From Bacillota bacterium (GTDB lineage Bacteria > Bacillota > Clostridia > Lachnospirales > Lachnospiraceae), in contig JAEWMT010000101.1 of assembly GCA_023393095.1 (NCBI GenBank), positions 6,583 through 70,582 on the forward strand: a DNA stretch of 64,000 nucleotides, written 5' to 3'. The translations under genes and the position numbers were made by a program. Positions 1 to 9,797 of this stretch are shown here, piece after piece. The notes beneath the pieces are model-generated. The model ran no database searches. It was not told where the DNA came from and worked only from the letters and a program-made list of their open reading frames with translations. Each line of letters starts with the position of its first letter. Positions within the stretch are counted from its first letter, which is position 1.

Positions 1-148
1 AATATTTCATTTCGAAATATAGAATCATGGTTTTAAAATAATTTATTATTTTAAATTGTCAAGTAACTATAATTACATAATTCCCATTAATTCACAATAT
101 TAGAAATAGTTCAGCATAGCCAGAAATTCAGCTAAACTGTTACCATTA

Positions 149-814
149 TTACTCAATATTCTCATTAGTAACCAATGCCTTACTGTTTAATATTTTATCT
201 ACTTCCTCGTATCCGGTCGGAAATGCGTAATTATAACGAGCCGGAAGTGCAAATACATATTTTGAATTGCTTCCGAGCTTACTAGGTCCCATCGGTGCGG
301 CACTTACAGCTAATGATTCCTTCTCGATTTTATTCCATTGCTCCTTCGTAAACACCATGATGGGAATATCCTGTCGGGGATTATCCTTGGTCCACTCTGG
401 ATGTCTTATAAGAATTTTAATACCGGTCTCTACGATTTGTCCCTGCCCCTCTCCACTAACAGCGGTACCCTGCCAGGAATCCGCTAATATTCTGTATCCT
501 TCCCAGCTTGCTGGAAGTTTAAAGTCAAAACCGTACTGTGTATTCTTATAAGTCATATTATTAGATAATGAAGGGCTGTCAGTCGGTGCGGTTGTTTCTG
601 TTGGAGCAACTGTTGGAGCTGTTGTGTTTGTAGGATTAGGAGTAATCGTGGCTTCTTTCGTAATTGCAGGTGTGGGTGAGCTATTAATTGTATCAACGCC
701 TTTTCTTGAACGATTCATTACACTACCACCCAAGAAAAAGCTCCCGATACATAATAAAATTGCAATAATGACTATAGCTATAATTATTATTTTAAAATTT
801 CGTTGATGATTCAT
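149..814 (-). CDS. Exported/membrane-anchored hypothetical protein with Thr/Pro-rich linker
   Basis: 221-aa ORF; N-terminal hydrophobic helix, PT-rich linker, globular C-terminus; AGAGGG RBS. Confidence 0.8.
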   Translation of the reverse strand: MNHQRNFKIIIIAIVIIAILLCIGSFFLGGSVMNRSRKGVDTINSSPTPAITKEATITPNPTNTTAPTVAPTETTAPTDSPSLSNNMTYKNTQYGFDFKLPASWEGYRILADSWQGTAVSGEGQGQIVETGIKILIRHPEWTKDNPRQDIPIMVFTKEQWNKIEKESLAVSAAPMGPSKLGSNSKYVFALPARYNYAFPTGYEEVDKILNSKALVTNENIE

Positions 815-987
815 GCTATTTAACCCTCTTTCTTATACAATAATAACTTACATAATTTATTATTATATCACAAACTCATATGGACAATTATTAAATATAT
901 AATAATAAACCATATTACAGTAAATCAAAATATTAAAGGTTTGTTAATCATGTAAAGCTTATCAACAAATATACTGCGAAGCTTTGA

Positions 988-1332
988 TTAAAAATTATTA
1001 CCATTCCAACCCCAGTTTGCAACTTCTTCATACTTGACATAAATACCATCCGGCTGGATTTTCAGCTCCTCACCAAGTATTTCTGTTATTGCTTTTGTTA
1101 GTTTTTGGTATGCATCGGAGGAGGCTTTGCCAAATATTTTCACCTCAACAAAGGCAAGTGGCTTCTGATTGCTTCCCTTAAAATACATGATACTGTTATC
1201 ATCAAAGGACACCATAAGCCAACTTTCGCTTTTTCCGGGAATTAGCTCAATGGCTTTTCCAAATTTCCTCTTAATTGCTTCTCTCTTCTCTTCATTAATT
1301 ATTACTGTTGTTTTTGTACTAATATACGGCAT
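988..1332 (-). CDS. MIF/tautomerase-family protein
   Basis: 114 aa; N-terminal Met-Pro (catalytic Pro1), GKSESWLMV and C-terminal WGWNG typical of MIF-like proteins. Confidence 0.85.
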   Translation of the reverse strand: MPYISTKTTVIINEEKREAIKRKFGKAIELIPGKSESWLMVSFDDNSIMYFKGSNQKPLAFVEVKIFGKASSDAYQKLTKAITEILGEELKIQPDGIYVKYEEVANWGWNGNNF

Positions 1333-1592
1333 ATGTTTTCATCCTTTCCGTTATTAAAATCAAACCTAATAATGGTTTTATATCCAAAACAATATTAACA
1401 TTTTTATCCGAATATGGCAATCGGTCGATGATTTAAATGACATAAAACTTTATTTATGTTATACTAAAGATTCAGAAATAATACATCTTGTTTCAGATTT
1501 TGCAGGGTTTCTCGGCCATTACTTTATAACGAAAATCAGGTCAGATAATTTGTTTCGTTATTGATAGAACGTTGTACAAAGAAGGAATCTCT

Positions 1593-2750
1593 ATGAAGAA
1601 AATAATTATGTTTACAGGCGGTATAGAAACACAGGAATACTTTACGCTGCAGCTAGCTAAAGCCTTTGAAAAAATCGGACATGATATTTATTTGTACCGG
1701 TTAAATGAAGGAGAACGGGATTTTCCTGATTTATGCCGGTTTATCGAAGAGAAAAATACCGTAATGATTACCTTCAATTTCCATGGATTGAATTTTGAAG
1801 AGCCCTTTTATAATGATGATCTTTCCCTGTGGGAGGTTTTAGAAATCCCCTGCTATAATATTGTTCTTGATCACCCATTTTATTATCATAAATTCTTAAA
1901 GACTATGCCACCAAACTATATTCACATATCCATTGACCGTGGGCACGAAAACTACATGAGACGTTTTTTCCCGCAGATTAAACTTGGCCCGTTTCTTCCT
2001 CTAGCCGGTACTGAAATTCATAATATTCCGATGAAGGAACGGAGCAGAAATATCGTTTTTACGGGAAACTATACCCCACCACATCAGTTTGATCAATATA
2101 TCACACGGATTAATGAGGATTATACTAATTTTTATCATGGGATTATTGATGATTTGATTGCACACCCTTCTTTGGGAATGGACGAGACTTTCGAAAAGCA
2201 TCTTCGTCTTGAAATGAAGGGTCTAAGTGACGATGATCTAAAAACCTGTATGGAAAATATGATTTTTATTGACCTTTATGTAAGATTCTATTTTCGTGGT
2301 CTTGCTGTCCGTACCTTGGCTGAACATGATTTTCCCATCCATATCTATGGTGGGGGCTGGGATCTTCTGAATTGTAAATGTCCTGAAAACGTAATACTCG
2401 GTGGTTCAGCCAATTCTCTTGAATGCCTTGAAGTAATCAGTGATAGCCGTATTTCTTTGAATGTAATGCCCTGGTTTAAGGATGGTGCCCATGATAGAAT
2501 CTTTAATTCCATGCTGAACGGTACTGTCAGCCTCAGCGATGACAGCCTATGGCTTAGAGAAAATATAACGGATGGAAAAGAGATAGCTTATTATTCCTTA
2601 TCTGAAATAGAGCAATTACCATCTATCGTGGATGGATTAATGTCCGATACGAATCGTCTTGAAGAAATTGCACAAAACGGCTATCGGAAAGCGAAGACCT
2701 CCCATACCTGGGAATGCAGAGCAAAGGTTCTGGAGGGGCTTATACTATAA
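1593..2750 (+). CDS. Glycosyltransferase, GT-B fold (CgeB/Glyco_trans_1_2-like)
   Basis: C-terminal SRISLN...HDRIFNSM...HTWECRA motif; start set at ATG 1593 after GAAGGA. Confidence 0.8.
   Translation: MKKIIMFTGGIETQEYFTLQLAKAFEKIGHDIYLYRLNEGERDFPDLCRFIEEKNTVMITFNFHGLNFEEPFYNDDLSLWEVLEIPCYNIVLDHPFYYHKFLKTMPPNYIHISIDRGHENYMRRFFPQIKLGPFLPLAGTEIHNIPMKERSRNIVFTGNYTPPHQFDQYITRINEDYTNFYHGIIDDLIAHPSLGMDETFEKHLRLEMKGLSDDDLKTCMENMIFIDLYVRFYFRGLAVRTLAEHDFPIHIYGGGWDLLNCKCPENVILGGSANSLECLEVISDSRISLNVMPWFKDGAHDRIFNSMLNGTVSLSDDSLWLRENITDGKEIAYYSLSEIEQLPSIVDGLMSDTNRLEEIAQNGYRKAKTSHTWECRAKVLEGLIL
2635..2750 (+). repeat. Direct repeat, left copy (last 116 nt of the glycosyltransferase gene)
   Basis: Aligns without gaps to 8326..8441; 16 mismatches by hand count. 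Confidence 0.95.
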
Positions 2751-2884
2751 TTTACAATATTATCCACTATAGGATATAAAGCTTTCTTTGCTCCTCTCTT
2801 CGCATCCTTATATTCAACAGCTACCATATTGATGCTGATATACCGCTAACACGCCTTTATATGCTTCTTAATTTTAAACTATAT

Positions 2885-3754
2885 TTATAACCTCATAACT
2901 GAAAGATAAGCATCCTCCAAGGTCGGTTCAACTGCTTGACAAAGTATATTAGGTTTATCCTGTGCAATGATCCTTACTTCGATTCCGTCACCTGAGTAGT
3001 TCTTCGAGGAAACAGGATAATTCCTTTGGATTTGTTCTAATTCTTCTTCTCCATTCAGCCTACAGGTAAAAACATGATTCATCGCCTTCCTTAATAATGA
3101 TATTTTGTCTCCGTCATATATAACATTTCCCTTATTAAGTATTGAAAGTGAATTACAGGTAGCAGCCATATCCTCCATCACATGAGTGGAGAATAATACG
3201 ATTCTATTCTTTGAGAAATCAACCAACAGATTTCTGATTCTGATACGCTCCTCCGGGTCAAGTCCCGTGGTCGGCTCATCAACAATCAGAATCTTAGGAT
3301 CATTAAGTAGAGCCTGAATCAGACCAACGCGCCGTTTCATACCACCGGATAATTGACGGTTTTTCTTCTTCTGATGCTCTGCAAGCCCGGTTTTCTCCAG
3401 GTAATAATCAATCCTTTTCTTACAGTCGGTTTTCGTTACCCTCGATAATCCACCCATATATTCCAGTGTTTCACGTACCGAAAGATTTGGATATAAGCCA
3501 AGCTCCTGCGGCAGATAGCCTATTTTTCTCTGGATTTTTCCATAGTCCCCTTCTTTTAGCTCTGTACCATTCAGTATAACCTGACCATCCGTAGGTTTTA
3601 TGATAGTAGTCAGAACACGCATTAATGTCGTCTTACCCGCTCCATTTTCTCCAAGAAGTCCATGAATACCTTCATTGATAGTCAAGTTAACATGGTTTAA
3701 TGCAATAGTTCCGTTTTTAAAATGTACTGATAAATCCTTAATCTCTATCGACAT
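2885..3754 (-). CDS. ABC transporter ATP-binding protein (exporter type)
   Basis: Walker A GENGAGKTT, signature LSGGMKRR, Walker B ILIVDEPT; start at ATG 3754 after GGAGG. Confidence 0.95.
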   Translation of the reverse strand: MSIEIKDLSVHFKNGTIALNHVNLTINEGIHGLLGENGAGKTTLMRVLTTIIKPTDGQVILNGTELKEGDYGKIQRKIGYLPQELGLYPNLSVRETLEYMGGLSRVTKTDCKKRIDYYLEKTGLAEHQKKKNRQLSGGMKRRVGLIQALLNDPKILIVDEPTTGLDPEERIRIRNLLVDFSKNRIVLFSTHVMEDMAATCNSLSILNKGNVIYDGDKISLLRKAMNHVFTCRLNGEEELEQIQRNYPVSSKNYSGDGIEVRIIAQDKPNILCQAVEPTLEDAYLSVMRL

Positions 3755-3880
3755 AGTTTCCTCCATTCCTGCGCATGTTTTATCGCAATTTCGAGAATTT
3801 AATAAAGAATTCTGAATGAGTTTCCAAAGGATTTCATTCCAGAGTTCTTCCAATGTCTCGCAGCACTTTGCGAGACTATT

Positions 3881-4546
3881 TTACCTAAACCTTTCTTTCC
3901 CCTTGATGATTAATCTATAATTCAATATCAAAAGCAATATTGCTGTAATAACTGCTGTTAATTTTGCGGAAGACAGATAATCCACCCATCCATCAGCACT
4001 GTTTTGATAACGAAAAATGTCAATGTATTTCGGTAATGAAATTTTATTCTGAAAGGTAGGATTCATTAGGAACCATACGGTCAGAGTAGCACCGATTCCC
4101 GCCCATAAATTATGAAATAGATTAACCAGTGTAATTGATAAAATTGCAAAGAAAAAGGCACTCACGGCACAGGCAAGGATCGTGGTCACATATAGCAGCA
4201 TTTCATTTCCTGTGATCAATCCAGCTGGCTTATGCCAAAAGAATACCCAATATCCAATACTGATCAATAAGATGAGATATGCTATCTGAACAAGTATTCT
4301 TTGACAGATTGTAAGGTATTTGGACCTCGCCGGTAGAATGTAAAACACTTCCCATCTGTTTGCTTGCAGTTCCTGTTCAAAGGTGTCTGCGCAGAATATG
4401 ATTGCTAATAAGGCAACATTGGCATCCATTGCTGCTCCTATTTCACTTACCGAGGATATTCCCACAATGAAAGCAAGTATGACCATAAAGGAAATGGAGT
4501 AACAGATCTTTACAAGGGTTATTACTATCTTTATATTATGTTTCAA
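3881..4546 (-). CDS. ABC exporter permease subunit
   Basis: About 6 hydrophobic segments; overlaps the upstream permease by 4 nt; operon context. Confidence 0.75.
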   Translation of the reverse strand: MKHNIKIVITLVKICYSISFMVILAFIVGISSVSEIGAAMDANVALLAIIFCADTFEQELQANRWEVFYILPARSKYLTICQRILVQIAYLILLISIGYWVFFWHKPAGLITGNEMLLYVTTILACAVSAFFFAILSITLVNLFHNLWAGIGATLTVWFLMNPTFQNKISLPKYIDIFRYQNSADGWVDYLSSAKLTAVITAILLLILNYRLIIKGKERFR

Positions 4547-5625
4547 AAATGCCTCCTCCGTTTCCAGATCATACTGCTGATAATCATCATGAGTACTGAT
4601 GCTCCAACCAGAAATATTTGATTTATTACTGCCTGAGCAGGTACTGTGGTTTCAAAGAATGTATCCGCAAAGCGAACCATAATTGCCAACTTTGGTATCC
4701 GGTAACCGGTAGGACAATCCTCACTGACCCTGCTACCCATATTGGAATATATTACGTACAAAACCAATGCGGGGGCTGCAGGCAGTGGATTTTTAAACAG
4801 TATGGCAACAACGGTATAGACACTGATTACCATTAATAAGTCAGGTAAAATGTAGATCAGAAGCGCATACCACAAATCCCATACCGAGACCGGAAAGCCA
4901 GCCGTTATTCCATGGCTAACGACCATTACATCAAAAATAACAGTTATGATACCTGCTGCCAGCAGAATTGCAGCCAAGCCCCCCGCTATTTTACCTGCAA
5001 TATACTTCCATGGTTCTATTGGTTTTGTATGCAGCAATTCATAGATATCCTTCTTTGATTCTTTTAAAAACAGGAAAGCAAATAACACGATTGCATAAAA
5101 TACAAGACATACTGCGAAATAATCTACATATTTTCTTGAGAAATAGCTACTGTAGCTTTCCTTCTTCAGTTCACTTTTTATATAGCTATTCGCTTCCTCC
5201 ACCGTAGCTTTCTTTATACATTTTTCGTAAAAATATAACTGTGCACCCCCGAAGGAATAATGCTCTTCCAGATAAGCTGCCATCTGATCAATGGACATAT
5301 TACTTTCTTTCAATTTTTGAACTACTGCCTGAGCATCCTCTGTTGTCATATTCAATTCTTCATCCAGCACATTACCAATCCGATCAAGACCCAATTGATA
5401 CATTTCTTTAACCGACACAGGAATATAACCATCCATGATATCTGCATCCGCAAGTCCCGTATCATAATCAAGGATTTTAATTTCATTTTCCCTAGTGAAA
5501 TAATGAATATTCAGATAAGGGGCTGCATAGCTGTATATATTGATGAATACTAAAACTGCACCGATATAATAGATTGGGTTCTTAAGGTAATTCAAAATTT
5601 CTCTTTTCAGTATTGTTCCTATCAT
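4543..5625 (-). CDS. ABC-2 type permease with large extracytoplasmic loop
   Basis: N-terminal ILKREILNYLK, ELLHTKPI...YIAGK motif, several TM helices; GGAGG before ATG 5625. Confidence 0.85.
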   Translation of the reverse strand: MIGTILKREILNYLKNPIYYIGAVLVFINIYSYAAPYLNIHYFTRENEIKILDYDTGLADADIMDGYIPVSVKEMYQLGLDRIGNVLDEELNMTTEDAQAVVQKLKESNMSIDQMAAYLEEHYSFGGAQLYFYEKCIKKATVEEANSYIKSELKKESYSSYFSRKYVDYFAVCLVFYAIVLFAFLFLKESKKDIYELLHTKPIEPWKYIAGKIAGGLAAILLAAGIITVIFDVMVVSHGITAGFPVSVWDLWYALLIYILPDLLMVISVYTVVAILFKNPLPAAPALVLYVIYSNMGSRVSEDCPTGYRIPKLAIMVRFADTFFETTVPAQAVINQIFLVGASVLMMIISSMIWKRRRHF

Positions 5626-5914
5626 TAATACACCTCCGTTCCAGTTATTAATCTTACAGTATAAATAACAACAAAAAGACAACGGGGGGTTAAAGTTATA
5701 ATAGTAGTAATATTGGTATTATCGAAATTGCTATATTACTTCTGTATTAAAGATAGATACAAGAAATATCAATTAGATTTTTAGTAAATCCAGAAAAGAA
5801 AATGGAAGGAAAGACTACTTTAAGGTATAAGAGAAAATATCGGAATTATTGCTTATTCCATATTTTGAGATGTCATAAGGACGACACTACTTTCAGAAAA
5901 ACACATAGACACAT

Positions 5915-7123
5915 TTATGTATCCGAATTATCGCTGGAATGGATTTCAAAAACAGCCTTAACACATGCTCCTTTGCCACTGTTATTTGCCAATGACAGCA
6001 TACCTCCATGCTTTTCACATAGCATTTTACAGATATACAGACCTAGCCCATAATGGTCCGCACTTTGAACTGGATTATCATGATAATAGGCTTTTGTTAC
6101 AATAGGTAAGTTTTCTTTTTTAAAACCGGTTCCATTATCGGATACCGTTAACTGCAGCTTATTACCGCATGCCTCAAGTACAACAGAAATCATATCGGAA
6201 GTAAAGCGGATTGCATTCGTAAGCAGATTCTCATAAACCTCATGTAGTATTGACAAATCTCCTATGAATATCTTAGGAACAGAAGTGTCCACAAAGATAC
6301 CGCAGTCCACACCAATATTTTCCGTAAGAATAGATGCGGTTTCTTTGAGTTGTCTGGTCAGTTCTAAGGTACTTATTTTTATAGAAATTACTTTTCTGTC
6401 TTCCAGACTTGACAATTGCTTCATGGTATCTACAAAGGCTGCAAGGCGGTCTACCTGACCATTACCGGCTTCGATAATCTCCAGTAATTTTTTCTGGTCA
6501 ATTTTATTTTGAGGAACAAATTCCAGGAGCATCTCATGATACCCCTTTAGTACCGCCATTGGAGCCCTCATATCATGAGCAATTGCTGCCTTTAGATTTT
6601 TCTGCTCATCAATCATCTTCCATAAATTCTTGTTATTCAGGTCTAACTGCATTCTCATATGTTCAAAAGAGGAACACAGTCTTCCCATCTCGTCCTCTAA
6701 ATCATAATCTACATGGAAATCCAGGCTGTTTTCTGCAATCCGGTTCGAGCCTTCCTCTAATATCTTAATTGGTTTTTTTAATTTATTCTCATAGAACAGG
6801 AAGACCGCCAGAGCGGCACTTAAGGTTGACAGTATCAGCGGAGTCCATGTATTAACTGCATCACAGGTTTCCGAAACCCGGTGATCATTTTTCGTCATCA
6901 CATAGGCGCTTGGACGCATCACCGTAACAATAAAGTTCTCGTTAGCTCCAATTTTTTCAGCTTTCGCATATTTCTCCATATCGCAATATTTGTACCAGAC
7001 ATTTTTCTGAACCTTCTCTGCATTCGCAATAATGATATAGGATGTAAAAAAGCTGCAGATTAATGCTATGCACAGATAAAGCAGGAGCGTCTTTCTTAAG
7101 GATAGATCTTTTATCTGAGCCAT
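5915..7123 (-). CDS. HAMP-domain sensor histidine kinase
   Basis: Two TM segments, H-box AIAHDMRAPM, N-box ENLLTNAIRF, G-boxes DNGTG and GLGLYI. Confidence 0.95.
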   Translation of the reverse strand: MAQIKDLSLRKTLLLYLCIALICSFFTSYIIIANAEKVQKNVWYKYCDMEKYAKAEKIGANENFIVTVMRPSAYVMTKNDHRVSETCDAVNTWTPLILSTLSAALAVFLFYENKLKKPIKILEEGSNRIAENSLDFHVDYDLEDEMGRLCSSFEHMRMQLDLNNKNLWKMIDEQKNLKAAIAHDMRAPMAVLKGYHEMLLEFVPQNKIDQKKLLEIIEAGNGQVDRLAAFVDTMKQLSSLEDRKVISIKISTLELTRQLKETASILTENIGVDCGIFVDTSVPKIFIGDLSILHEVYENLLTNAIRFTSDMISVVLEACGNKLQLTVSDNGTGFKKENLPIVTKAYYHDNPVQSADHYGLGLYICKMLCEKHGGMLSLANNSGKGACVKAVFEIHSSDNSDT

Positions 7124-7785
7124 TGATAACCGCACCCCCATACTGTCTGAATAAATTCCCGATCCGTATGCTCGGAGAACTTATTTCGAATTCGCCTGAT
7201 CAGTTCCGTAACAACCTTGCTATCACCATCACTGTCATATCCCCATATTCTCTCGTATATATTTTCTCTTTCAAATACTTGCCCTGCATGGCTGGATAAA
7301 AATTCAATGATATCAAATTCCATCTTTGTAAAATTAAGGTTTAAACCATTGTAGCACACGATCCGACTGGCCAGATCAATACTTAGATTATCTATAAAAC
7401 GGAGTTTCCGCTTTTCTCTGTGTCTTTCTTCTCTTTTCAGATGTGCCATAATTCTTGCATCCAGTTCCTTTAGACTGAAAGGTTTTAGAATATAATCGTC
7501 TCCACCGGACATAAAACCATTGATCCGATCTTGCTCTTCCACCTTCGCAGTTAAAAACAGTATGGGACAGGAGACCTGGTTCCTGATTCTTTTACATACC
7601 TCAAGCCCATCAAGATTTGGCATATTGATATCAAGAAGAATTAAATCCGGTTCCGTCCTAATACGTTCCAATGCATCTTTTCCATCTCCTGCTGTATAGA
7701 TCAGATAATTCTTAAGTTCCAGATAGCTTTTCAGCATCTTTACCAGTTCTTTATCATCATCTGCAATCATAAGTCTATACTGCAT
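7111..7785 (-). CDS. OmpR/PhoB-family response regulator
   Basis: Receiver DDD/LLDINMP/KPF; winged-helix C-terminus IQTVWGCGY. Confidence 0.95.
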   Translation of the reverse strand: MQYRLMIADDDKELVKMLKSYLELKNYLIYTAGDGKDALERIRTEPDLILLDINMPNLDGLEVCKRIRNQVSCPILFLTAKVEEQDRINGFMSGGDDYILKPFSLKELDARIMAHLKREERHREKRKLRFIDNLSIDLASRIVCYNGLNLNFTKMEFDIIEFLSSHAGQVFERENIYERIWGYDSDGDSKVVTELIRRIRNKFSEHTDREFIQTVWGCGYQWLR

Positions 7786-7913
7786 AATCCCACCCCTGTT
7801 TCATATCGTCTGCTTCATTATATCAATAAATTATCTACAAAAAGACAATAACCAAAAGATATTATAAAAAATACTTCATCATCATAAGTTTTCATCCTTT
7901 ATCACACTATAGC

Positions 7914-7942
7914 TTTACATTTACCTAGAATCATGTTATAGT
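7914..7942 (+). promoter_or_regulatory. SigA-type promoter of the putative antitoxin sRNA
   Basis: TTTACA-17 bp-TATAGT with extended -10 TG. Confidence 0.65.
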
Positions 7943-7948
7943 GAATAT

Positions 7949-8040
7949 AAGAAAAGGAGCAACCGACCACAAGTGGTTAGCCTCCTACTGTCAGATTAAC
8001 TGCCCACAGGACCGGCTAAGTCAGGGGCAGTTATTTTTTA
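7949..8040 (+). ncRNA. Putative type I antitoxin sRNA
   Basis: Lies between the promoter and an intrinsic terminator (TAACTGCCC...GGGCAGTTA TTTTTT); convergent with a small hydrophobic ORF and overlapping its 3' end. Confidence 0.6.
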
Positions 8041-8128
8041 TGCTTATTATTCCTATTATTTAAATAAGTAAGCAGCGCAATGATTAATAATACAAAATAA
8101 ATAAATCACTATATGTAACATAATTCAT
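8031..8128 (-). pseudogene. Frameshifted small holin-like/type I toxin peptide
   Basis: MNYVTYSDLF in one frame continues as FVLLIIALLTYLNNRNNKHKK* in another; 98 nt is one base short of a 32-aa ORF. Confidence 0.65.
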
Positions 8129-8325
8129 CCATTCAGCGTAGCTGAATTTAACCACGCTCCCTTCTGGTAGGCTAACACACCCTGTCTCGATTACTCCTAT
8201 ATTAATGTTACCATATAATTCCTACTGATACAATCGAACATGATATTAATTTTTCTAACTAACCTAACTCTATCTGGATATCACTATGGAATTAAGATAC
8301 CAATAGAACTCATTTTTATCCAATT

Positions 8326-8441
8326 GATTATTGTCTGATACGAATCGTCTTGAAGAAATTGCGCGAAACGGCTATCAGAAAGCAAAGACCTTCCATACCT
8401 GGGAATGCAGAGCCAAGGTTCTAGATGATTTTATTCTTTAG
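8326..8441 (+). repeat. Direct repeat, right copy: orphan 3' end of the glycosyltransferase gene
   Basis: Encodes LLSDTNRLEEIARNGYQKAKTFHTWECRAKVLDDFIL*; stop at the same position as in the intact gene. Confidence 0.95.
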
Positions 8442-8480
8442 AAGATAACATTCCTGGATACAGGAGGTGTTTTTACTTGC

Positions 8481-9167
8481 CTATGCGAAGTTAACATTGT
8501 TATCGGCAATATATTTGAATGTGCATGGATTTATCATGTGTCCTTTGTTCCGAAACCCCTTTTGATACAATTCCAAATCGTTTGTAAATCGCTTCTTCTC
8601 ATCATCATTCAAAGAAGCAAAATAATTTCGGGCAAATATTTCGGCATATTCACGCCCCACGCATCGGTCTATAAATTCAAGGCTAATATTCGAAGGCATA
8701 AATCGCGGATTATCAAGACCGTTTTGCGCCATTTTGCAAACAGTTCCATTGAAGTCAGATATAAAGCACTCTGAAAGCGGGATAACTGTTGCATCTATGA
8801 GATTACAAATATCCTCAACTACTTTTAAAAAAAGATCTTCATATGTAATATCCCACCATATTTCCGATGAGCTATTATAAAGATTAAGCGGTTTGTATTC
8901 AAAGTATCCTACTGAACTCTTTACGCTCTTTTTGTTGTCCATTTATTTATACCATATGGAACATTCTCCATTGATTTCTATTGATTGCCCTGTTGTATTC
9001 CATTTTGAGCCAAAAAAGCGAATTTCAAATACCAAATCATGAAATACCTTTTTAATGCATCGCTGACTTTTGAGATATTTCAAGCCTAACGCCTCATATC
9101 TGTCAGCGATCATTTTACAGACTGTATAATAGGTTTCCTCAACAGACAGGTAATTTCTTTTGTTCAT
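8481..9167 (-). pseudogene. Hypothetical protein split by an in-frame TAA
   Basis: ORFs 8943..9179 and 8481..8942 are in one frame, joined by TGG TAT AAA TAA ATG GAC; only the first has a GGAGG RBS. Confidence 0.65.
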
Positions 9168-9443
9168 GTTTGCCTCCAATTACATTAAAATTTGAACAGA
9201 TATAGCCCACTACGATCAGTTCCTTAAAGATTTTGGGCCGGGTCTTGCATTTTCTTTGCCATTTTCATTACCCTCAAAGCAATATTGATTGAACACGCAA
9301 ACGGACGAGGAACATCTGGTTGCGGTTGCGGAATCATCGCGCGCCATCCACTCATTTCTTGCAATTTTACGAATCTTTCTATATAATAAAGGCTAGTAAT
9401 GAAATGTATCCCTATTTCCTATTGTTAAGAAAGGATTTATGAA

Positions 9444-9701
9444 ATGAAACTAAAACGTATTGCAGCTATAATAGGAATCATACTTATTGTAGCCATGTAT
9501 CTGATTACCCTGATTTCCGCAATTTTCGTAACAAAATATACTAATGGGTTATTCTTAGCAAGTCTTTTTTCAACCTTTGCTGTTCCTGTGTTTATTTATG
9601 CATATATGCTGATTTATAGGCTGGTTCATAAAAAAGAAAATACTGTAAAGATTAATAACATAACAAAAATCGGTGAAAACAGCACTTCAGATAAACAATA
9701 A
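9444..9701 (+). CDS. Small membrane protein (2 TM)
   Basis: 85 aa, two hydrophobic helices, AAAGGA RBS. Confidence 0.75.
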   Translation: MKLKRIAAIIGIILIVAMYLITLISAIFVTKYTNGLFLASLFSTFAVPVFIYAYMLIYRLVHKKENTVKINNITKIGENSTSDKQ

Positions 9702-9709
9702 AGATTAAC

Positions 9710-9778
9710 GTGTCAAATTCTCACGCCGGCTTGCACAGCACTACAAATAATGAAAACGGTGCGTGAGAATTTTGACAC
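9710..9778. repeat. Palindromic element, family C copy 1
   Basis: GTGTCAAATTCTCACGC...GCGTGAGAATTTTGACAC; similar to 24489..24546. Confidence 0.8.
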
Positions 9779-9797
9779 CATAATTATTATGAATTAA

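Noticed and set aside
2635..8441. Diversity-generating retroelement (116-bp repeat at a gene's 3' end, like a VR/TR pair)
   Set aside because: Only 4 of 16 mismatches are at adenines of the putative template copy, and there is no reverse transcriptase in the window
8943..8945. Programmed readthrough (Sec/Pyl)
   Set aside because: The codon is TAA, not TGA or TAG
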